Shown here piece by piece: positions 10,049 through 17,311 of a stretch of DNA of 64,000 nt. A program made the translations under genes and the position numbers. Each line of letters starts with the position of its first letter. Position 1 is the first letter of the stretch. The notes under the pieces are model-generated. The model made no database searches and had not been told where the DNA came from. It saw only the letters and a program-made list of their open reading frames with translations. Origin of the DNA: Bdellovibrionaceae bacterium UBA3535 (GTDB lineage Bacteria; Bdellovibrionota; Bdellovibrionia; Bdellovibrionales; UBA840); the NCBI GenBank assembly GCA_002376845.1, contig DFOS01000008.1:3583-67582 (forward strand), in the 5' to 3' direction.

Positions 10049-10744
10049 TTAAGCACTATGCTTTTTTGCACCCTGTAACATCCAGGCGCGTATTTTTTGT
10101 AAGTCTTGCTCTTTCATGCCAATAAACTGCAGTTTGACATGATATTTTCCATTTTCTTCATTCTTTGAACAGTTTAGAACCTTCATAAAGGGTTCTTGAA
10201 TGCCAATTTCTTTGAATATAGCTGTATCTAGTTTTATATTGCGCCCATCGTGCAAGCGTTCCTCGCTCATTACTTCCATGCCCACTTCACTAAGCGTTAA
10301 AATTACAGAGGGCAATCTTAGAAAAGCTTTATTAGAAACATTCGTCTTCGCAATCTCTACACTGGCCACATGCTTTTTGTTTTGTGAGAGAATTTGATTG
10401 ATCTTTTGTGTTAGTAAAAAAGGATCTATCGGCTTGATGATATAATCACTCGCTCCCATGGCTACCGCTCTTTGAATGTCTTCTTTTTCGCGTCTGCCGG
10501 TTAAGAAAGCTACGGGAATATCTTTATGGTTCTTATTTTGTTTTAAAGTTGCCAGTAAGTCATAACCACTATGACGAGGCATATTGGCATCGGTGATTAT
10601 CAAGTCGAAACTTCTTTGATTTAGATGATCCAAAGCCTCCTGTGCATCCTCTGCTACAAATACAAAGTGACCACTGGATGATAAAATTTCAGAGGCTATT
10701 TTTAAAATGTCGATGTCATCATCTACTACGAGTATGCTAGCCAT
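10049..10744 (-). CDS. response regulator with C-terminal PilZ-like domain
   Basis: Receiver (ILVVDDD...DLIITDANMP...KPI). The ~100-aa C-terminal beta-rich domain has LTLSEVGMEV, resembling the PilZ DxSxxG region. No clear RxxxR motif was seen. Confidence 0.55.
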   Translation of the reverse strand: MASILVVDDDIDILKIASEILSSSGHFVFVAEDAQEALDHLNQRSFDLIITDANMPRHSGYDLLATLKQNKNHKDIPVAFLTGRREKEDIQRAVAMGASDYIIKPIDPFLLTQKINQILSQNKKHVASVEIAKTNVSNKAFLRLPSVILTLSEVGMEVMSEERLHDGRNIKLDTAIFKEIGIQEPFMKVLNCSKNEENGKYHVKLQFIGMKEQDLQKIRAWMLQGAKKHSA

Positions 10745-10866
10745 TTAATCTCCCTCTTACTTATCGGTCTGTCTTTTAATAGATTATAGGCCAAGATAAT
10801 AATTGGCCTTTGGTCGGATGTTTAAAATCCATTTATCTTGGATAAAAAGAGTGAGATAATCGAGTG

Positions 10867-11355
10867 ATGGAAAAGGAATGGAAGCTCTTAGTCAGGGCCA
10901 GTCATTGGATGGAGGCTGAGGGTCTGCGTATATATCTAGAAAGTGAAGGCATAGCCTGCAACGTGCCAGAGCGTAGCGTGAGTGGCAGTCTGCACGGTGA
11001 GCCAGACTTAAGGCTAAGTGGTTATTCTGCTGTATCCAGCGGCTTTGATGTTCTGGTGGGGGAAAAGGATTATGATAAGGCGAAGGCCCTATACCAGCTT
11101 TGGCTAGAGAGGCAAAAGCATGAAAATATATCAAGCAATGAAGAAAATCATAAGGACGCAAACTACTATTTGCATCGCTTTTTAGTTGCCTGCATTGGCA
11201 CTTTTTTTGTTCCACCACTCATGCATATGGTGGCCTTGTATGTGGCCTATAAGTATTTAAAAAACAAAGGGCGCATATTGCACCCCAAGTTCTTAACCGG
11301 CATCACATTGTTTGTGATCAATGTGATCGTCTTGTTGGTTTATTTGCAGTTTTAA
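10867..11355 (+). CDS. hypothetical membrane protein with DUF2007-like N-terminal domain
   Basis: N-terminus (LLVRASHWMEAEGLRIYLESEGI) resembles the putative signal-transducing DUF2007 fold. Two C-terminal TM helices. Confidence 0.5.
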   Translation: MEKEWKLLVRASHWMEAEGLRIYLESEGIACNVPERSVSGSLHGEPDLRLSGYSAVSSGFDVLVGEKDYDKAKALYQLWLERQKHENISSNEENHKDANYYLHRFLVACIGTFFVPPLMHMVALYVAYKYLKNKGRILHPKFLTGITLFVINVIVLLVYLQF

Positions 11356-11666
11356 GCTCGAAAGTCTTTTAAACTGTCTTGCAACTCTCCAGATTGATAC
11401 ATTTCTAGTAGAATGTCGCTTCCACCTAATAGTTCTTTTTTGACATAGAGTTGCGGGATCGTTGGCCAGCTACCATATTCTTTAATGCCTTCACGGATTT
11501 CTTGATCTTCAAGTACATCCACAGAATGGAAGCTAACACCGACCTCATTAAGAACGGCAACCGCTCGGGCGGAAAAACCGCACTGCGGAAAACTGGGGTT
11601 TCCCTTCATAAAAAGAGTTACTGGGTTTTTTTCTAAAATTTCATCAATTCTTTCTTTTACGCTCAT
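11352..11666 (-). CDS. grxD: monothiol glutaredoxin (Grx4 family)
   Basis: CGFS active site (PQCGFS), WPTIPQLYV motif, 104 aa. Confidence 0.9.
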   Translation of the reverse strand: MSVKERIDEILEKNPVTLFMKGNPSFPQCGFSARAVAVLNEVGVSFHSVDVLEDQEIREGIKEYGSWPTIPQLYVKKELLGGSDILLEMYQSGELQDSLKDFRA

Positions 11667-11905
11667 TATTCTTCCTTTTTAATTGCTGTATTCAAGCTAA
11701 TAGCGTGCATTTTACCAGAGCGTAGCTCCTCATTAAATAGTGCCATTATCGCTTGATGCTGTTTGACTCGATTAAGACCTGCAAAAGCCTTGGTTTTAAC
11801 ATCAATGTGAATCTTGTAGCCATCGCCATTGGGATCTTCTACATGAACTTCTGCATCGTCAAATCGCTGCTGAATTCGTTGAATGATTTCCTGTTTTGCA
11901 ATCAT
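11666..11905 (-). CDS. bolA: BolA family protein
   Basis: 79-aa protein with a BolA-like sequence (NRVKQHQAI...HAISL). The classic BolA-Grx4 gene pair, with a 1-nt overlap. Confidence 0.75.
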   Translation of the reverse strand: MIAKQEIIQRIQQRFDDAEVHVEDPNGDGYKIHIDVKTKAFAGLNRVKQHQAIMALFNEELRSGKMHAISLNTAIKKEE

Positions 11906-12100
11906 GCCTGTTGGTATAAAAGAAAAACATAAAAAATTCTAGGAAATTGTAAAAAACATCGACAGAAATTGGATGCAAACTAGCATAAATTTTCTGTTTA
12001 AAAAATCGACGAAAACCAAGGGATAAATTCTTAGAATTACTAGAAAAGTCTAAAATTCGTCAGGGAAATGTCGATAGATAAAGGTCTAGTGGAGTTTGTT

Positions 12101-13105
12101 ATGAAAAGAATAATTTCTAGTGCCGCAATTTTTTCCTTAGGTGGTTTTTTTATGATCGCCTACCAGAATTGTGCCGAAATAGATCCCTCCTATGTATACG
12201 ATGATAACGTAATCCATCAACAGCAAAAGCTAGTGGATAACTCCTTTATCGAAATGTCGAATTTAAAAATTCAGCACTCCGCCCTTACCAGTTTTAATGA
12301 GGGATTGGCCTACCAATTGTCAGCAGAGTTTAGGGTAAAATATACCAATCACTTTTTGGGTTTGGAGCCCCGGCTAGAGGATACAGAGCTTTTTGTTTAT
12401 AGCGGCGATAATATGATTTTAACTTTAAATACGGATAAAATTCGTTTGCATCAAAGAGAGTGTTACGAGTCCATAAAAGAAAATGGTAGTACATATTTTG
12501 ATTGTGTATACGAGCTGCAAACCAAACAAGTCTTATCGAGAAACCCGAACTTATTAAAAACAAAGGATTTGCATATTGGTAACCGTGATCAAAAACTTGT
12601 AATCCTATTAGATAAGTATGAAGAAAATCTTGGTGGGAAATCATTTAAAATCAGTGCCATGTATGACAATCAATACACTCCTGTAAAAGAGGCTCCCAAG
12701 CGGATGCTTGCAGAATCACAAGCTAGAAGTGTAAAGAAAGTTAGAAAACAAAAGACAAAAATCACCAAAGTAAAACAGCCGCAAAGAAAAGTGGTTGAAG
12801 TAAAAAAGAAAACACCATTGCCAGAAGGGCTTTTTTGTCACATACAAGTTTTAAACCCACCGCACCTGGAGCTTTTATCGGATGTGAAAAAGGTGGGGGA
12901 GTACTACAGTGATCGCAACAATTGCCGCCAAGTCGCGATTCGTATTTCGCAAAATTACTGTGATCGCTCCCTAATGGGGGAGATCGATTACTCACTTAGT
13001 ATCAAAAATAACCAAGGCGGAAGGGTTCGCGTTCTAAATAAAGAGATCGACAGCATAGACTGCGAGAAAGAAAATTCTCGGGGGCTTGCCCAAAGAAATT
13101 TCTAG
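12101..13105 (+). CDS. hypothetical lipoprotein
   Basis: Signal MKRIISSAAIFSLGGFFMIAYQNC followed by Cys. Central basic patch (KKVRKQKTKITKVKQPQRK). No recognisable domain. Confidence 0.5.
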   Translation: MKRIISSAAIFSLGGFFMIAYQNCAEIDPSYVYDDNVIHQQQKLVDNSFIEMSNLKIQHSALTSFNEGLAYQLSAEFRVKYTNHFLGLEPRLEDTELFVYSGDNMILTLNTDKIRLHQRECYESIKENGSTYFDCVYELQTKQVLSRNPNLLKTKDLHIGNRDQKLVILLDKYEENLGGKSFKISAMYDNQYTPVKEAPKRMLAESQARSVKKVRKQKTKITKVKQPQRKVVEVKKKTPLPEGLFCHIQVLNPPHLELLSDVKKVGEYYSDRNNCRQVAIRISQNYCDRSLMGEIDYSLSIKNNQGGRVRVLNKEIDSIDCEKENSRGLAQRNF

Positions 13106-13137
13106 CTTTTTGCCAAATAATTGCCTATAAAGCCAGC

Positions 13138-13416
13138 ATGGACTATTTCGAGCCGCAAAATCCGGCCTATATAAAGAAAGAGCGAGCCAAGGCCAGGGAG
13201 CTGCGCAAGAGCCAGTGGTGGAAACAGAAATTGGCCACAGGCATCTGTTATTATTGCGAGCAACGCTTCGATAAGGAAGATTTGAATATGGATCATCTGA
13301 TTCCCCTAGTTCGAGGTGGAAAAACTAGCAAATCCAACTGCGTCCTCTCTTGTAAGGCCTGCAATTTCAAGAAAAAGCACAAAACCCCGGTGGACCTTAT
13401 TTTAGAGGAGCTCTAA
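13138..13416 (+). CDS. small free-standing HNH endonuclease
   Basis: 92 aa with zinc-ribbon CYYC...CKAC and HNH core DHLIPLVRGGKTSKSN. Confidence 0.8.
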   Translation: MDYFEPQNPAYIKKERAKARELRKSQWWKQKLATGICYYCEQRFDKEDLNMDHLIPLVRGGKTSKSNCVLSCKACNFKKKHKTPVDLILEEL

Positions 13417-13634
13417 TTTTATGCCAATTTATTGAGCGTTTTATGGGGTGTGGGTTCTGGATGAAGGAAGACATTCCTTGCCTAGAATGACAGATTTTTC
13501 AACATTGGGGCCTCGCTTAATTGCTTAGAATTCAGGTAAATTCTTATTTTTGTTTGGTTTTTTCCGCTTTAGTCTTGCCATAAAGGGACATTCTTCGCTT
13601 AAATAAGCGTAGTTCCAAATCAACGAGGTGAAAC

Positions 13635-15542
13635 TTGGCGCAGCAGACAAAAATTGTATCCAGCTCTACGGCGGAATATTTTGCAAAAAATTTACAGCAG
13701 GTGGGCTTCTCGTCCCCCACAAAAGCCGTGCTTACCACATTGAAAGAGGCGGTGGATAACTCTCTGGATGCTTGTGAAATGGCGGGTATTTTGCCCGAAC
13801 TTACCATTGAGATTAAAAAAATTGGTACCGGCTCACAGAAAAATACCGATTTGATCGAAATATCCGTGGAGGACAATGGGCCAGGGCTTGAGGCCGAGGA
13901 TTTGGCAAAAGTATTTGGCGAGTACTTGGCCTCCTCAAAGTTTGGACGCGGACAATGCTCCCGCGGACAACAAGGGATTGGTATTTCTGCCGCAACCACT
14001 TGGGCGCAGTTGACCAACGCCAAAGGCGTAGTGGTCACCTCGAAAACCAAGCGCATGCGAAAGGCAGTGCAGGGCCTCGTGAATGTTGATATCAAGGGTA
14101 ACAAGGGGATGTTTTTAAATAAAAAAAGCATCGATTGGGATAAAGAGCATGGCCTGAAAGTAGAATTCAAAATTGATGGGCGCATTCAGCTAAATGGTGA
14201 TGGGGGGCTGTTGACCTATCTAGAGGGCACCACCCTTTTAAACCCCCATGTAAAATTTAATTACAAATTGATGGACAATCCTTGGGTAAAGATAGATCGA
14301 GTTAGTAAAGATGTGCCTAGCATTCCGCCGCCAACTGATCCGCACCCGCACACCATGAAGCTGGGTGAGTTTATGACCCATGCACATATCTATGGAAATA
14401 TGAAAGTGGGCAAGTGGCTCAAAACAAGTTTCTCCCGTGTTTCAGAGAACGTTATAAAAAACTTTGTTAAAAACGGTTTAGAAAAAAAGTACCTCAATCA
14501 AACTTTACAAAAACTATCGGACGAAGAGTTTAAAAAGGCCTATACGGCCATTCAAAAAACCGATTTGATGTCACCGAGCACCAAGTCTGTACTGACGGTT
14601 GGAGAGGAGTCCCTAGCAAAAAGTATTCGGCGTATGGGAGAAGTGGATTTTTTCTCAGTAATAACTAGAAAGCCCAAAATATGTGACTTCAAGCCCGTAG
14701 TGGTGGAAGTTGCCATTGCAAGATTTTTAGATCGCGGTGGAGAGCATGACGATCCTGTACGACTTCTGCGCTTTGCGAACCGTGTGCCGCTACAATTCGA
14801 TAAGGGAAATTGCGCCATTACAAAATCCATTGAATCCGTGAACTGGCGCTCCTACGGACTGTCGCAGCCAAAAAATTCTTTGCCGCGCGGACCTTATATT
14901 TTTGCGGTGAGTGTGGTTTCTCCTTTCATTAAATTTAAAAATGCTTCAAAAGAAACGATCGATGCGTCAGACGAGTTGGTGGAGGAGTTGCGCCGAGCCC
15001 TAATGCAGGCGGGACAAAACCTTTCTAGGCATATCAAAAGAGAAGCTAGAGCTGCAGATGTAGAAAGGAAAAAGCAGCACATAGAAAAGTTTGGCCCCAT
15101 TCTTGTGGACACATTGGCGCGCATAGTGAAAGCGCCAGAAAAGAGGCGCAAAAAAGCGCAAGATGGTTTGCATAAGATTTTAGGACGTGACACCAAGGCA
15201 GAAGAGCAAAAGCTAGAGGTTGCCGAACAGCGCTTAATGGATTTAAAAGCAAAACGTTCCCACGTTTTAGAAACAAATGAAGAGGGCGAAGGCGCTAGCC
15301 AAGAGGCTCCAGTCACCGAAGTGAAGGCGAAGAAAAAGAAAACAGCAACGAAAAAGCAGGCTGCGAAGAAAAAAGCAAAAACGGCAAGCAAAAAGAAGGC
15401 CACCAAAAAGAAAACGGCTACAAAAAAGAAAGCTAGTAAAAAGAAAACGGCTACAAAAAAGAAAGCTAGTAAAAAGCAGGCTACTAAGAAAAAGACAAAA
15501 GCTAAGAAGGCCACAAAAAAGAAAACTAAGAGGACTCGATGA
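13635..15542 (+). CDS. top6B: DNA topoisomerase VI subunit B (type IIB, GHKL ATPase) with Lys-rich C-terminal tail
   Basis: Bergerat-fold motifs LKEAVDNSLDA, VEDNGPGL, GQQGIGIS. Alignable by eye to archaeal Top6B through PHPH...ITRKPK...LLRFANRVPLQFD. TTG start preceded by SD gaggtg. ATGA overlap with top6A. Confidence 0.88.
   Translation: MAQQTKIVSSSTAEYFAKNLQQVGFSSPTKAVLTTLKEAVDNSLDACEMAGILPELTIEIKKIGTGSQKNTDLIEISVEDNGPGLEAEDLAKVFGEYLASSKFGRGQCSRGQQGIGISAATTWAQLTNAKGVVVTSKTKRMRKAVQGLVNVDIKGNKGMFLNKKSIDWDKEHGLKVEFKIDGRIQLNGDGGLLTYLEGTTLLNPHVKFNYKLMDNPWVKIDRVSKDVPSIPPPTDPHPHTMKLGEFMTHAHIYGNMKVGKWLKTSFSRVSENVIKNFVKNGLEKKYLNQTLQKLSDEEFKKAYTAIQKTDLMSPSTKSVLTVGEESLAKSIRRMGEVDFFSVITRKPKICDFKPVVVEVAIARFLDRGGEHDDPVRLLRFANRVPLQFDKGNCAITKSIESVNWRSYGLSQPKNSLPRGPYIFAVSVVSPFIKFKNASKETIDASDELVEELRRALMQAGQNLSRHIKREARAADVERKKQHIEKFGPILVDTLARIVKAPEKRRKKAQDGLHKILGRDTKAEEQKLEVAEQRLMDLKAKRSHVLETNEEGEGASQEAPVTEVKAKKKKTATKKQAAKKKAKTASKKKATKKKTATKKKASKKKTATKKKASKKQATKKKTKAKKATKKKTKRTR
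15324..15539 (+). repeat. Lys/Ala/Thr/Ser-rich low-complexity coding repeat (Top6B tail, 72 aa)
   Basis: Sequence is [72 protein letters not shown]. Contains an exact 33-nt tandem duplication at 15408-15440 / 15441-15473 (KKTATKKKASK x2). Confidence 0.9.
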
Positions 15543-16693
15543 AAAAAGCCAGACTCAATCAAGCAGATATAAGCAAAAAATCCAAACTTCTATGCGAAAG
15601 AATGTTGGCCGATCTGGAGCAGGCAAAAAGGCCTGTACTCGAAGCGGTTAAGTGTAGTTTGGACAACTCTTTTTACAAGCCCAGTGTGGGTTACTTAACA
15701 CCTGGAGATAAGCGGGTCCGCACGGAATTAAATGTTTCCAGTGTGCAAAAACTATCGCGAACCGTTTTTATGCTAGAGATTCTTTTGCGCAATTTAGGGA
15801 CTGGCCAAGTGAACACAAAAAGGGAGCTCTACTATATCTCAAAAGGTATGGTGAAGCACAATAAGGAGCTCAAGGTCTTAGATTTTGATGAACAAACCGA
15901 ATCGGATGCAATCATCGACTTTATTTCGGATATGCTCGAGGTATATCGTGAGGAGTTAAATTGCTTTGCCAACGACCGAGGAGGGCAAACCTATTCCAAG
16001 CAATTGATTGTGGAAGAAACTTTACCGAACGGCAAAACGGCAACCATTGATTTAAGCACTTTGGGTACTTCGCCGTTTCAACCTAAGAACAAGCCGCAAA
16101 ATTTAAAACTTAGAAAACGCGGAAAGATTGATTTCGTATTGATCGTGGAATCAGAAGGTACGGCCAATACACTTGTTGCTAACGGCTTTACGGACCGTAA
16201 TAAGTGTATTGTGATTGGTGCTCAGGGGGTTCCCTCCAACGCTGTTCGCGGTTGGGCTCGTACCATTCAAAACCAGTTGGATGTACCCATGTATTTTTTT
16301 GGCGATTTGGATGCCTATACGCTGCAAAATATCTACCGCACATTAAAAGCCGGTAGTGCTGCCAGCCTGATACGAAATAGTGAGTTTTCCGCCCCCTCCG
16401 TGCGCTTTTTAGGGGTTCTACCAGAGGATGTACAGCAATACGATTTGCACTATTACAATGTAACGGAAAAAGATGCTTCCGAGCTGCGATCCATCAAAAA
16501 GGCGCAAGATGCCCTTAAAAATGATCCATTTTTCCAAGACAAGAAAAATAAAAAAATTGCGGCAATTTTGAAATGGTTGGTAAAAGAAAAAAAGCGTTGT
16601 GAACAGCAGGCTTTTTGGATGGTTAACCCGAAAGACCCTGTTACACCTGAAAAAATCATTTTGGATAAAATCAAAAAAGGCGCCTGGGTCTAA
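15539..16693 (+). CDS. top6A: DNA topoisomerase VI subunit A (Spo11/Top6A)
   Basis: Catalytic-Tyr region KRELYYISK. Toprim Glu (LIVESEGTA) and DxD (FFGDLDAYT). The 384-aa size is typical of Top6A. Confidence 0.88.
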   Translation: MKKARLNQADISKKSKLLCERMLADLEQAKRPVLEAVKCSLDNSFYKPSVGYLTPGDKRVRTELNVSSVQKLSRTVFMLEILLRNLGTGQVNTKRELYYISKGMVKHNKELKVLDFDEQTESDAIIDFISDMLEVYREELNCFANDRGGQTYSKQLIVEETLPNGKTATIDLSTLGTSPFQPKNKPQNLKLRKRGKIDFVLIVESEGTANTLVANGFTDRNKCIVIGAQGVPSNAVRGWARTIQNQLDVPMYFFGDLDAYTLQNIYRTLKAGSAASLIRNSEFSAPSVRFLGVLPEDVQQYDLHYYNVTEKDASELRSIKKAQDALKNDPFFQDKKNKKIAAILKWLVKEKKRCEQQAFWMVNPKDPVTPEKIILDKIKKGAWV

Positions 16694-17169
16694 TCAAACT
16701 TGCGTTTTTCGCGCTCCACTCTGGGGCGCTCGGCAAAGTCAAAAAACGAGGGAGGTAGTTTTTCTACCTCACGGCGCATGCGCTCAAGCTCCACCTTTTT
16801 CTTTTCAGCCGCTTCTTTTGCGTTTTTGTCGCGCTCTTTGATGAATTCTTTGCGGTTTTTCTCTTCAGCAATTTGCGCCTGCTTTTGCTGTTCAAGGTAT
16901 TCTTCATAGGCTTTTTGCTCGGCAGCCTTTTGTTCCGCCATTTTTTTGCGCTTTTCTATGATGTATTCTTTTCTGGCCTGCTCTTTTTCCTGTTCGAGTT
17001 TTTCACGTTTTTTTCTTTGCTCTATTTGTGCTCGTTTTTGTTTTTCCTTTTGCTCTACTTTTTGGCGAATGTAATCCGCGTAATTTGGGTCTTCTTGGAA
17101 GCGAATTTCTTCGTCCAAATTTTGGTAGTAGATCTGTGAGAAGCAAAGGCTAAGGAGTAAAAACCACAT
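16690..17169 (-). CDS. hypothetical secreted Lys/Glu/Gln-rich coiled-coil protein
   Basis: Trimmed to the ATG at 17169 (signal-like MWFLLLSLCFSQIYY). About 120 aa of EK-rich heptad-like sequence. Overlaps the top6A stop by 4 nt, tail to tail. Confidence 0.45.
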   Translation of the reverse strand: MWFLLLSLCFSQIYYQNLDEEIRFQEDPNYADYIRQKVEQKEKQKRAQIEQRKKREKLEQEKEQARKEYIIEKRKKMAEQKAAEQKAYEEYLEQQKQAQIAEEKNRKEFIKERDKNAKEAAEKKKVELERMRREVEKLPPSFFDFAERPRVEREKRKFD

Positions 17170-17258
17170 ATGTTTAGTATTGCTTAGAATGTACAAAAAC
17201 CCAACGGATCTGTTAAGTGCAACTGGACGCAGGACTGGCTGACACAGCGCTAATAGCG

Positions 17259-17286
17259 TTGAGACTGAAGGCACTTCTGTTATAAA
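17259..17286 (+). promoter_or_regulatory. candidate sigma-70-type promoter of the aconitase gene
   Basis: TTGAGA (17259-17264), 16-nt spacer, TATAAA (17281-17286), 26 nt upstream of the ATG at 17312, which has SD taggag. Confidence 0.35.
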
Positions 17287-17311
17287 TACTGTACATGATA
17301 TAGGAGATCAG

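Noticed and set aside
11196-11211. TGGCAC-N5-TTGT, a string resembling a sigma-54 -24/-12 promoter. It would be interesting given the bEBP in the window.
   Set aside because: The -12 element lacks the conserved GC, and the site lies inside a coding region with no downstream gene start. A second candidate at ~1704-1719 has wrong GG-to-GC spacing.
13420-13480. Similar strings tgccaaataattg (13111-13123) and tgccaatttattg (13422-13434) flanking the small HNH gene, plus a hairpin aaggaa-gaca-ttcctt at ~13462-13477. These were considered as possible cassette boundaries.
   Set aside because: The flanking similarity is short, AT-rich and imperfect. The hairpin has no U-tract. Neither rises above chance, unlike the CTTTAAGCAG array at the other HNH gene.
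13544-14185. A 213-aa minus-strand ORF overlapping the 5' third of top6B.
   Set aside because: It is antisense shadow of a gene with strong motif support. It has a Cys/Pro/Ser-rich composition with no recognisable domain or SD.
14894-15562. A 222-aa minus-strand ORF rich in Phe/Leu/Ala (FFFVAFLAF...) opposite the Top6B tail. It looks like a polytopic membrane protein.
   Set aside because: It is the mirror image of the Lys-codon repeat: AAG/AAA read as CTT/TTT on the other strand. It lies entirely antisense to a well-supported gene and has no SD or homology signal.
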